The notes under the pieces are model-generated. The model saw nothing but the letters and a program-made list of their open reading frames with translations, did not search any database and was not told the origin of the DNA. From contig OZ218952.1 in NCBI GenBank assembly GCA_965112735.1, positions 5,704,001 through 5,768,000 on the forward strand: 64,000 nt of DNA, read 5' to 3'. The position numbers and the translations under genes were made by a program. Below, one piece after another: positions 50,789 through 62,177 of the stretch (the stretch's first letter is position 1; each line of letters starts with the position of its first letter). This DNA comes from Phaeosaccion multiseriatum (taxonomy: Eukaryota > Protista > Ochrophyta, other classes).

Positions 50789-51240
50789 TGAAGGGGGAAG
50801 GCCTCTCTGCTAGGCTCCTCGAGCGAGGCGAGGAGACAGTCACCGCTCTTGTAGTAGCTACTTCTTGGCCGGATCCGACCGCAGCCAAGCCAGCTACGTC
50901 CAGCGCTCCGTCCTTCGTCAGCTCGGACAAACTCCTCTGTCGGGGCCGGGGGGGGGGGGGGTCGATGGACAAGAAATGAATCGATGAGCGACAAGCAACA
51001 GGCTGAGCTTCTTCCCCCCAATGTGCAGTCGGTCGAATTTGGGGGGGGGAAATAATAATAATAATAGGGGTCAGGACTCCCGCAGCCGTTAGAATTGGGA
51101 GAAAAGTCTGGTAGTGCATTCTCTAAACTTAAGGGTGTAATATATTCATCATTCTCTAAACCCCTCCTTGAGCATTCTCGCCATTTAGCACAGTAATTAA
51201 ACACTCGATTTGCGTAGCTACAAGTAAGAACGCCCAAGAA

Positions 51241-51752
51241 TGCAGGAAAAGGACGCTGTGTGTGTGGGGGGGGGGAGGAGACCTTTGAGATCCCCACCGA
51301 TCCATGGTCTTTCGGCTTTTATCGCCTCTTCCCTTCTGTAGTTGTCAGCATTTCCGCAGCAGCACCCCCTTCCCGGGGGGGGGGGGGAGACGGGCGGGGG
51401 ATGCGCACGCCACGACGGAAATCGCATCAGGCTTGCCAAGAAGGGTCCTGCTGCTACTACTCCACCGTGGCTAGCCGCCGTAGCGCTGCGCCTGTTCTCT
51501 TGCAGAAGAAGGGCGGGCAAGCTGCCCATGAGCGATTTCCGTGGCGTGCACATCGGCTCCCCCTTCTCGGGGGAAGGGGGCGGGGTGCTGGTGCAGAAAT
51601 GCTGACAACTACGGAAGGGAAGAGGCGATGAAAGCCGAAAGACCATGGATCGGTGTGGTTCTCAAAGAGCTACGCGAAGAGCTATAGCACTTCTCCCAGC
51701 GTCCTTTTCCTGCGTACGTGCAAAAAAATTATTTGGGGCGATTTGGGCGATT
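51241..51752. mobile_element. Foldback/MITE-like hairpin element, copy B (inverted relative to copy A)
   Basis: Arms ~51283-51351 and 51599-51720 match those of copy A. The loop sequence is the reverse complement of A's loop, and the outer motif GGGCGATTTGGGCGATT lies on the right. Confidence 0.8.
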
Positions 51753-51789
51753 TTTACGCAAATCGAGTGTTAAATTGACTAAATATATT

Positions 51790-52672
51790 CGCTCACTGAC
51801 TCACTCATCCACTTGCTCACTCACTCACTCACTCACTCACTCACTCACTCACTCACTCACTCACTCACTCACTCACTCACTCACTCACTCACTCACTCAC
51901 TCACTCACTCACTCACTCACTCACTCACCCACTCACTCACTCACTCACTCACTCACTCACTCACTCACTCACTCACTCACTCATTCACCCACTCACCCAC
52001 TCACCCACTCCATTTCCTCACTCATTCACTCACTCACTCACTCACGCACCCACTCACGCACTCACTCACTCACTCACTCACTCACTCACTCATTCACTCA
52101 CTCACTCACTCACTCACTCACTCACTCACTCACTCACTCATTCACCCACTCACCCACTCACCCACTCCACTTCCTCACTCATTCACTCACTCACTCACTG
52201 ACGCACCCACTCACGCACTCCCTCATTCACTCACTCACTCACTCACCCACCCACCCAATCACTCACTCACTCACTCATTCACTCACTCAATCACTCACTC
52301 ACTCACTCACCCACGCACCCACCTACTCACTCACTCACTCACTCACTCAATCACTCACTCACTCACTCACTCACTCACTCACCCACGCACCCACCTACTC
52401 ACTCACTCACTCACTCACGCACCCACCTACTCACTCACTCACTCACTCACGCACCCACCTACTCACTCACTCACTCACTCACTCACTCTCTCTCTCACTC
52501 ACTCACTCACTCACTCACTCACTCACTCACTCACTCACTCACTCACTCACTCACTCACTCACTCACTCACTCCCTCACTCACTCACTCACCCATTCACTC
52601 ACTCACTCACTCACTCACTCACTCACTCACTCACCCATTCACTCACTCACTCACTCACCCATTCACTCACTC
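51790..52672 (+). repeat. ~880-bp degenerate (CACT)n microsatellite
   Basis: Directly visible. It includes higher-order repeated variants such as cattcacccactcacccactcacccactcca(t/c)ttcctcactcatt, present twice. Confidence 0.98.
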
Positions 52673-53480
52673 ATTGGCGGAAATACGTCAAGGGGCCTCC
52701 CTTGTGACAAATTATGTGCCAGCCATGAGCTGCGGCGCCGCGGAGAGTGTCTCCTTCAAGTGGGGAGCCCTCCACACAGCGCGATATGTGTCTCTCACCC
52801 GGTCCTGTACCCCCTCCTCACTCACGCTCGCGCCCACACCCACGCTCGCACCCACGCACGCACCCACGCCGCTACTGCTACTCACAGCCGTGGTCAGCAC
52901 TCCCTTGATGGCAGCACGCTGTCAAGGCGCAGCTCGGGCTCTGAGGGCAGCAAGTGGTCATAGTCCCTCACGTTCTCCTCCTCCCCCTTCCTCTCTCTCG
53001 CCCCCACCATCCTCCTCCCTCTGCCGTTTGTCTTCCTCCTCCCTCTGCTTCACCACCTCGTCCCTCACCTTCTTCCCCGCTTGTCGTAGAAACTTGATCA
53101 TCCTCTCCACACATCCCTTTCGTCTTCCTTCCCCAGCCAGGGTCGTGCCCGGCCGACCACGTCAAGTCGGGAGGGTCCACAAAGAGAGGCAGCCAGGCCG
53201 CCGTCGGGGCAGCAGCAGCAGCAGCCTCCTTCCCCTCCTGCCCATATGCCTTTGGCGTCTCCTCCCCATACGCCTTTGCTCGCTCTACTTGGTCGGTCTC
53301 CCTCTCCCCTTCGTCTCCTCTTCTAATTTGTTACGTGCCTTTCCTGGTCCTACTGTACCCTTCGTCTCCTCTTCTAATTTGTTACGTGCCTTTCCTGGTC
53401 CTACTGTACAGCCAGGACGAGCGTACCTCGTTGCTGGACGGCTTCGGGGACGAAGTTGCCCTACCTTCCCATGAGCCCAT
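52668..53480 (-). mobile_element. Repeat copy 2, putative non-LTR retroelement 3' portion abutting the (TGAG)n tract
   Basis: 52668-52990 matches 46022-46370. The extent beyond 52990 is uncertain and includes a 51-bp tandem duplication at 53307-53408. Confidence 0.5.
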
Positions 53481-53753
53481 ATTCCCTTAAGGGTGGGGGA
53501 GAGCTGTAAAGTACGCCGGCTGGCGCGGGCAATGGCTCACAGCGTGCCTGCTTTTTATCTGCGCAGTGAAGGGAGAGGGGCTGTGGAGAGAGAGACACAG
53601 GCAGGGAGGAGAGGAGATACTATGTGCGAGAGAAGGGGGAACATAACCAGGGCCCGACTGTTCGTTCTGTTTATATTTTAATTGAGTATAGCGACAAGAA
53701 GATGGGTGTAGCATGGGGGCAAGACCCCTGGCGTCTAAAAAAGTGGGGGTGTT

Positions 53754-55988
53754 TTATAGGTCAATGTCGAGCTGGATCTTGGGCTGCACCCGGAGTAGTG
53801 GCACGGGACTAGCTCCTCGCATGTCGTCTGCTTCCTTGGGCGCGTCGTTGGCGTATCCGAGAGTCACCGAGTGTGGCCCGTGCCGATACCCTCCAAAAGC
53901 CTGGGCGTTCCCGACCCCTATTTGCCGAATCATACCTACCAAAGAGAGGCCTGCGCTGATGGACGCCTTGGTGTCGCCCGTGGGTGGCTTAATGTCCGTG
54001 GCGCTGCTGGCGCCCTTGTCCGCATCCTTCTCCACTTTTTGCAGCATCTTGAGCTGCGCTGCGGGGGACTCAGGGAACTTGTCCGAAAAGTCCTGTAGGT
54101 CGGCCTCCAGCTCCTCGTACGCACCTGGGTATGTACATGTTCATGTAATTGTGGGGTGGAGGGAGGGAAGGACGGAGGGAGCGAGGGAGTGGAGAGATGG
54201 GGTAAGGGAGTGGAGGGAGAGAGGGAGGGAAGGAGGTAGTGGTGATAATAGTACTCAGGCACGGTGCAATGGTAGGGTGTGATTGGTGTGATCCATCAGT
54301 GAGGAAGTCAGCAGATAGCGAGCGAGGGAGGGAGGGAGGGAGGGAGGGAGTGGAGGGGGGGAGTGAGGAAAGAAGGGAGCGGGAGGGGGAGGGAAGGAGG
54401 AACGAAGGGGGGAAAGGGAAGGAGCGACGGAGGGAGGGAGGAAGGAAGAAAGGGGGGGAAGGAGGGAGGGAGAAGTAGTAGCAGTAGAAGGTGTAGTAGT
54501 AGTAGTAGCAGCAGCAGTAGTAGGTAATAAACCTACTACTACTACTGCTGCTACTACTACTACTAGTCACGTACGGTGCAATGGTCCAGACTTGGGCCAC
54601 GTACAACGTTATACGATTTCAAGACAATGAAGCCACGTACCGTCGATACCTAGCAAGTCCTCCATGACTGGCGGGACAAGCTCGGATGCCGCCGCCTCGA
54701 AGGCAAACAACGTCTTACGGAGTACGTCGGCCTCCGTGTCCTCCGTAAGCTTGTCCTGCGAAAAGAGGCTCAGCAACTCGCTCTTGTAGCCCTTGAGCGC
54801 GTCTGCGCAGAGCATCTGCAGCTGCGTTACAAACAGCTCCTCCACTGCGCCCTCCATGAAGGACACGAGCTCGGCTCTCCGCTGAGCGCGGAGCGGCGTG
54901 ACGCTGTACCGGAGCGTCTTATCGTCAAAGCTCTCCACGAGGAGCTTGTACTTTTGGGTAACGCTGCGGCCAAAATGCTTGACAGTCTCGCCCGAGCCGT
55001 ACACGGTGCTTCTCCACTTGTTGACGGCGCGCCCGATTTCGGCGCTCGCCTCGCTGTACACCAGATCGATGCGCTGCACGGGCAGCAAGTCTACCCAGCC
55101 GGGGAGGGCAATCTTGTCCCCCTTCCGGAGCCGCCCCCACACCTCCTTTACTTGGCGCAACAGCTCGGCGCCAGACTTTGCGGTGTCGGGCCTGGGCAGG
55201 GCCAACACTCTCTCCTTCAGCTCCGCTCCTCCGCTCTGGTACTCCGCTTTACTATATATTGGGTGGCTCTGCTTCAGCATCGTCACGTCGAACAAGTCGG
55301 ACACCATTTTGCTGCTTTCCTTCCGAACCGCACCGGCCTCGTTCCATGCCCGTTGCAAGTCCCTCATCACAGCCGCCTCCAAACTGTCCCCGTCCGCAGC
55401 GTCTGCAGCGTCCTCCGAATCGGCCGCCGCCGCCGCCGCCGCCTCAACAGGAGGAGGAGTAGGAGGCGTGTCATGTACGACAATCAAGAGCGGCACCGGG
55501 CTCTCCCTCGCGGCGCATTCACTGCACAGCGCCTTGAGCGTTGCCACATTGCTCGGGACGTGCCGCCCCACGTCACTGCACCACATATTCATAATGATTG
55601 CATCACTCACAGCAGCAGACAGCGCGGCCGATTGTGTCCCGTCGCAGTCCAGGAGGACGAGTAGCGAGTCGTCGGCCCCCGCCACAGCCCCTGCGCATGC
55701 CTGGGGGGCACCCTCACCCGGAGCCGCTGCCAGAGGCGAGCGCACCTTGAAATCCGTGCCAAAGGCCTCGTTGAGCAAAGCGCTCTTCCCAGAGCCTTTG
55801 CACCCCACTACCGCCACCACGGACAGCTCGGAGGACCCCTTTGTGAGCGCAGCAAAGTCTGCCCCCGACGCAACCAACCTCGTCCCCTGCCCATTGATGA
55901 GAGGCACAACCTTGGCTGCATGCGCGCCGCGTCCTGCCGCCGCTGCGCACAGGTACCCTACAGCGCACAAGGGAAGCGCAACCCTCAT
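53754..55988 (-). CDS. SEY1/RHD3 (atlastin-like) family protein with N-terminal signal peptide and degenerate GTPase motifs, 2 exons
   Basis: MRVALPLCAVGYLCAAAAGRGAHA leader; VVAVVGCKGSGKSALLNEAFGTDF, LLDCDGT, AVSDAIIMNMW..DVG; helical stalk; second exon (~54125-53754) ends RVQPKIQLDIDL*. Confidence 0.75.
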
Positions 55989-56166
55989 CTCCAGCCCAGC
56001 AACAACACAACACAGTGTCGTGGGGTTGGGGGGGGGGGGGATTTTCTGGGGGGAACAACCACAACCTGGAAACCCTCTTGCTCTGTTCGGGCTGCCCCCC
56101 CCTTTTGGCGATTTGGCTTTAAGCCCTTTTTTTTCCCCCTTTGGACCCTTGTGCCCTTGGCCTGAA

Positions 56167-59100
56167 ATGAATGGATTGTTTCGCCTGAGACGCAAGAGGG
56201 GCGCTGGGGAGAAGAGCGGCGAGGATGGGACGGCAGTCCCAGCACGGCAGCTGTACCGAGACTGGGACCACGCCGAGGAGAAGAGCAAAAGCAGCACTAG
56301 TGAAAAACAAGAAGGGTCGGAAACTCCGGCAGGAGAACTTTACCGAGCCTGGGAGTACAATGAGGAGGGGGAGACTAGTGGCAAGATGGAGGCCAAGCCG
56401 CAAAGAGCGCCCCTGAGGCGGCGGAGCAGTCACAGCATGGACTGGCTCAAGGCCAAGGCCAAATCCGTGGTGAATGTAGTGCACGCCAATGTGGAGAGCT
56501 ACATTGGCGAGGATTCCGGCACCACGGGAGCAGCAGAGGCGCGCAGCTCATGGGCAGGCTTTGGGGCGACAGGGCCTGGACGGCGCAGCTCCTGGTCTGA
56601 TTTGTACAATGAGCGCTGCGAAGGCAACTTGGTGGAGTTCCAAAAAAGGGTGGGCAGAGTAATCGAGACCATTGGAGAGTTGAGCCTCGCGGGGGACCAG
56701 GATCCCATGGAAGGTGCGAGGCTGTTAGTGGAAAGTAGCGTCAAGGACGACATCACTGCAGTCCTCAGCTTACTCAACGAGGAGGACCGCCAGAGCTGTG
56801 CATTGGAGAACATGCTGTATGAGGGCATGGAGGGCGGAGAGGGCGACGAGGTTGGTGGTGGGGGGAGCAGCGGCAACGTGGCTTACCCTTGCCTCGAGTA
56901 TTTCCTAGAGGCGCGAGTCATCAAAGTGTTTTGCCAGCTGGGCATTGAGGACCGGCCCGTCGGAACCATGGCATACATGCTGGGCACCATCGCGACTCTC
57001 TTGACCAAGATCCGGCACCCGTTGCTACCTTCGGCTTCTGTGCACTATCCCGTGGGGCGCCTCATCCATTCCGCTTCCAATTACATGGCGGCAAAACGGA
57101 CTATATCCGCCAAAGCGTCGTCGGAAGCGCATCAGCAGCAGGAGGAGTGGCGCGCACGGTCCAAGCGCGTCACACACATGGTGAGAGTGAGAGGGCGACA
57201 GCGAGACCGAAAAACCATCTGCTCCTCCTGCTGCTGTCTTCCCTTGGACTCAACCCCCATTTGCCGCTTTTCTCCTTCCATTCTCCATTCTCCAAGTACC
57301 TCGCATACCTGTTGCAGGCCGTGTGGAGGAGGCTGAGAGAAGACAGTGCTCACCTCGACTTCTTTCTCGCGGTGGATCGTTCTATTGGACACGTGGAGCT
57401 GGAAATCTTCACCTCGCTCCTCCCTTTGCTGCAGGTGCAAAGCAAGACTGGGCTCTTTGCGCAACAGGCATGTCTTGTCGCAGTCAGTGTGTCTGATCCC
57501 CGCTCGGCCCTGTACATTGCCCGACACACCACGCTTTGCCAAGACCTTGCCGTACTGCTGGCCAAGTCTTGGCAGAGCGTCGTGTGTGCACCGCCGACTG
57601 ATGACTCGGGCTGCTCGAAGGACTCGGAGAAGGGGGTGGTGCACCTCCTGAAACACTTGAGATTTGCTGGTGCGGTGGGAATGGCCGCCGCTCTGCGCAA
57701 GCCGAGCTGGAAAAACGCCGATGCAGAGGTGCTGCGCTTGCTCAGTGCTCGGACAAAAGAGGAGGAGGAGCAGGAGGAGGAGGAGGAGGAGGAGACAGAC
57801 GAGGCGGACGACAGTGGGCAGACCGGCTCTGGGCCAGTGGGAGTGGCCCTCGTGCAGGCAGTGAGGAGCCTCTTTTTGGAAATGGAAGTCGGCGCCGCGC
57901 TGCTGGATCCCTCAGAGGCTCTTGCGGCGCAGGCCATGTCGGTGACAGAGCGCATTGTGAGGGAGTTGGGGCGCGACAGCATGGGGTGGACTGTGGGAGC
58001 AGCCCATTCGCTGTCGACACAACACATCAGGTAGGTGGATGCTTGTTTGCGTGGGCTCGTGCCTCCTCCTCTCTCTGAAGCTCGTTTTGCATAACTCTCT
58101 CTCTCTCTCTCTCTCTCTGCTGCTCCAGTCCGGTGTTGCGGGAACTGCTCGCCTTCCTCTTCCAGGAAAACACGCAGCAGGACAAGAGCCCCTGCAGCGG
58201 GACGGACTTCTCCCTGCGACGCACTCTGCTGCACCGAGTCGAGTCGCAGTCTACTGAGCTCAGCATGGCTGCCATGGAGCTTCTCTCTACAGCCCTCGAC
58301 GTCATTAGTTCAACCAGAGAGGATCGAGTCTTGTTTTCCCTGGTGCTTGGCTGCCCCCCAGGAGGAGAAGGGGCGGGCGAAGGAGGCAAATCATGGGGTC
58401 AACTGTGCCAGGCTTTAGAGGGGATGCAGCTGAACTCTGACTATATTGATCAGTTTTGCCGGGCTTTTCCGGGCTCGCCCATACACCCAGACGCTCTGGC
58501 CACAGCGCAGGGGCGAGAGCAAATGAAGGTGTACATGCAAGACGCCCATCGCGCTCACGTACGGCATCTTGTCCAGCAGGGCGAGCGCCTGTCGCTGCTG
58601 GGGCGGGGGGGAGAAGGAGGAGGAGGGGGAGGACAAGTACCAGAGAAGGCACCCCTCGAGCCGCAGGCTGAAGTTGATGAGGACGCCATTATGAGGGACT
58701 TTGCCGACGAGATTTCGGCCATGGCACGACAAACGGGCTTGCTTGGGCTCCTCTTGCGGCGCCTGGCGGAGCTGTTCAACAGACCCATGGAGGAGAGCGT
58801 GCCGCTCAGTACCATGCTCACGACCCTCACCACAAAGGCTCTGCTTCCAGGTGGAGAAAAGAAGGGAATGTTGCCGCTACTTCGCTTTGCTCTCTTTGGC
58901 AATCCGTCGGGAGGCAAACACATCAGTATGGCCAGCGTGCTACAAGACCTCTGGAGGCACGCGCAGGATCGGCTCGCGTGCATGGAAAATGCGACGTCAA
59001 AGCTGAAGCGAGTGGAGCAGGACTTAGGAGTGTGTCTGGAGAATGGCGACGGGCAGGGGCGGCAAGACGAGGATGAGGAAGGGGACCAGGAGGACACCCT

Positions 59101-59491
59101 CGGTGATGGCGAGGAGGAACGTATCCTTCGCTCCATCGTGTTTCTCGAGGAGATGCTGAAGGAGGTCTACTGCTCACTGTGCACTGCCGCAACTGTTGGA
59201 GGAGTGAGAAGCAAGGCTCTAGAAGAGTTCCTGTCCAGCACCACCCCTGAGGAGGAGGAGATGGAAGAAGAGGCCAGTGATGCCGAAGACGCTGCCGCCG
59301 AGCGGACGAGTCACGACACTTTGGGGTCGCAAGGGCAAGACCAGGAGGAGGACGACGAGGGGGAGGAGGAGGAGGAGGAGGATCAGGAAGAAGAAGAAGT
59401 GGGAGAGGAGAACTTAGAAGAGAGTGTGCAAGCCTTTTTGAGGGACTTGAGCGTATCCATTCACGGCGAAACATCCCCCCCGGGATCATGA
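56167..59491 (+). CDS. FHIP/FAM160 (RAI16-like) FTS-Hook-interacting protein
   Basis: YPCLEYFLEARVIKVFCQLG..RPVG..LLTKIRHPLLPSASVHYPVGRLI matches the FAM160B N-terminal signature. LEIFTSLLPLL and RSIVFLEEMLKEV near the C-terminus; 3 exons. Confidence 0.8.
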
Positions 59492-59547
59492 CAGTGGTTA
59501 ACCCAAGAGCCACTGGTTGTACGTCTTAGAGTATGTAATTAGTTGTT

Positions 59548-60741
59548 TTAAAGTGAGCCCTCAGCGAGAGGTGAAGGCTCAGACTCTGGCTCCCCGACCT
59601 CTTCCTCCGCCTCCACCTCCGCCCCCTCCCTTCCCTCCTCCTCCTGCTGCTGCTGCTGCTGCTGCTGGTGGTCCTTCTTTTCGAGCTCCTGCTGTAGCTC
59701 TTCGTCCCCCTCAATCTCCTCCAAAAACTCGCTGAATTCTCGCTCCTGGGCGTCCTCCTGCTTTCGCTCGGCTGCTGCTGCTGCACCACGCTTCGGCCCT
59801 CCTCCTCCTCCTCCTCCTCCTCCCACCGCCAGCCTCTTGCGTCTCTTACCACCCTTCGACCCCTTGAGCGGCTTCACCAGCAGCACGTCTGGAGGGTCCC
59901 TGCTTAGTGCGCAGCGGTGCTCGTCGGAGAGGAGGTTGGATGCCGTGATATCGTACCCTAGAACGCTGTCCCCAGCCTGCAACACATGGCCCAGATGTGT
60001 TGTGGTTAATGCAGTCTCGTCATTCACCCCAAAGTCCTTTTCCCTCGCCACTTCTGCGTCTGCCAGGGAGTACTTGGCTGTCCGTGACGGCGCCTCCCCA
60101 TTACTCGTGCCAGCACCTTCTCTGTCGCGGCGCTCCACATCGAGGACTACATACTCAACCAAGCGATTGGCGGTCATGACGGGGGAGAAGGGCGACCTCC
60201 AGAACCGCTCCGCCGTCAAGTCTGCCGTCTCCAATGTGACGGGGTCCAGGAGCTTAATCACGGAGGAGATTTGAGACACGAGCACGAGGCGGCCCTGCAG
60301 CTTTGTCCCCGCTGCTTTCGGCAAGATCAAGAGGTCCAGACGACACAGCGGCACCATCTCGACTGCGATGGTGAGCTTTTGGTTGGCTGCAATGTAGTGC
60401 ATGGCATTCATTCGTGCATTGAGCAGCAGCAACACAAAAGAGTTAACAGATGCGGTGAGCGGGCTGGAGCAAGGGGGGCTTCCCGACCCAAGACAGACAG
60501 ACACACAGCTTCCCCACCACCGTCTCACCTATGTTGGAGTGATTGTCGGCCGATACCAGCTTCACCGAGCGCTTCGTCCTACACGGCGTGACACTGCAAA
60601 GCCACTCCGTGAAGATATTCGCGTGTTTGTGCTGCGAGAAGTAGAAGTCCATGCCGTCTTTGAACGCCTCGAGATTTATGCAGTGGTTGTGCGCATTGTC
60701 TCTGCTCGACGGAGAGTGAGGGAGAGTGTGAGGGTGAGGGA

Positions 60742-60794
<53 letters not shown>

Positions 60795-61761
60795 AGAGGG
60801 AGAGGGTGAGGGAGAGGGTGAGGGAGAGGGTGAGGGAGAGGGTGAGGGTGAGGGAGAGGGTGAGGGTGAGGGTGAGGGTGAGGGAGAGGGTGAGGGTGAG
60901 GGTGAGGGAGAGGGTGAGGGTGAGGGTGAGGATCAATGTCAGGGTCAGGACCAAAGTCAGGGTACGGTTGAGCTCCTCCTCCCCCTTACCTGATTATCTG
61001 CTGCTCCAGAAGGTAGAAGGTCTTCTTGTGCTCTACCCGCTGTCGAACCTGACCAACACACCAGATTAGACGATGGTGAGCGAGTGTCCGCCTTTGCCAG
61101 CCAAGCACACCACGCACAACCCCGTCATCTGCATACCTGCACAAGAGCCCTCCACGTCTGGTTTGTAAACTCTGCATTACATTCAGGGCATTGCTGATTC
61201 TCTTCCACAAACTCAATTAGCACGTCCTCCTGGTCTCGAACAGACAATCGAACTTTCATTCTACGGCAATGCGGCTCCGTCCAAATGAAGGCCGCATCTA
61301 AGAGAGGGAGAGCAGTAAGAGGCGAGTAGGGGGGAGTCGTAAGAGCAAGAGGCGATAAGAGGGGGGTCCCTCCTCTTCTTTGGGGCGCACAGACCTGACA
61401 GAGCCAGCTTCTTTAGGCCTGGGATCTTCTTGAGGCACAGGGTCAGAAGCTCCGGGCTCTCTCGCTCACACCTCACCCAGGAGTTGTTGTGTTGCCAACG
61501 CTCACAGGTCCTACATTGATGGAGTATCAGGCCCTACGAAGAGTAGAGACAAAGGGCGGCACAGGGACCAAGGTCAGCTCGATATCGTACCACTTGAAGC
61601 TGAAGCATGTTTTCACCCACCTTGATCTTCGGGCTGTTCTGGTGAAGCACCCCGTCCTCTTTGCTGTTGCTACTGCTCACACAACTGGGGCACATGTTAA
61701 ACTCGTTGGCCGTAATCGCCATGCCGCACAGGCAGCAGGAAATGGTTGCCAAGTTGGTCAT
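59548..61761 (-). CDS. NMD3: 60S ribosomal export adaptor NMD3
   Basis: CCLCG..NMCPSC, CRTCER, ESPELLTLCLKK, DAAFIWTEPHCRR, QCPEC..WRALVQ/VRQRVEHKKTFYLLEQ, DGMDFYF, REKDFGVND..THLGHVLQAGDSVLGYD, FLEEIEGDEELQ. Confidence 0.95.
60716..60931 (+). repeat. Intronic (TGAGGG/AGAGGG)n hexamer array
   Basis: Roughly 35 hexamers inside an NMD3 intron. Confidence 0.95.
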
Positions 61762-62177
61762 TGTGGGTGATTTGGAGAAGGGCCGTCAGGCAGCTCCTTG
61801 AGGTCCTCGCACGGCAGCCGCTCCTTCCAGTGACAGCACGTCCGATGCACTCCGAGTAACGGAGTAGGTAGTGGGGAGCGGAGTCGGAAAGCGGAGCGGA
61901 GGTGGGGAGAAAAGCAAATGAGTTTAGCCCGCCAAGCGCCGAAATATGTCAACAAATTGAGTTTTAGTTTCAATTCATGACACATCCCTCCTCATTCTCG
62001 AGTAGTCCTCGTAGTACGACGTAGGGGAGAACAAACAGCAGCTCTGCTTCTGTAGAAGAAGAGGAACCGGAATGGTTCTCTTCTCCTTCCTGCCTGTGTA
62101 TGCTAAAGAGGCGGGTGTGAGGAGCAAGCCATCTCTCTAAGGAGGGCTCTTCGAGCTTCCCTCTCAACGAGCGAACC

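Noticed and set aside
51718-53474. 329-aa and 553-aa THSL-repeat ORFs
   Set aside because: These are translations of the (CACT)n microsatellite, which lacks stops on that strand.
54898-56166. 812-aa ORF suggesting a long overlap with the SEY1-like gene
   Set aside because: The first ~420 codons are the antisense shadow of a GC-rich CDS; FHIP-like sequence starts at or after ATG 56167.
60401-61069. RV/RE-repeat 222-aa ORF
   Set aside because: Antisense to NMD3 and driven by the hexamer array.
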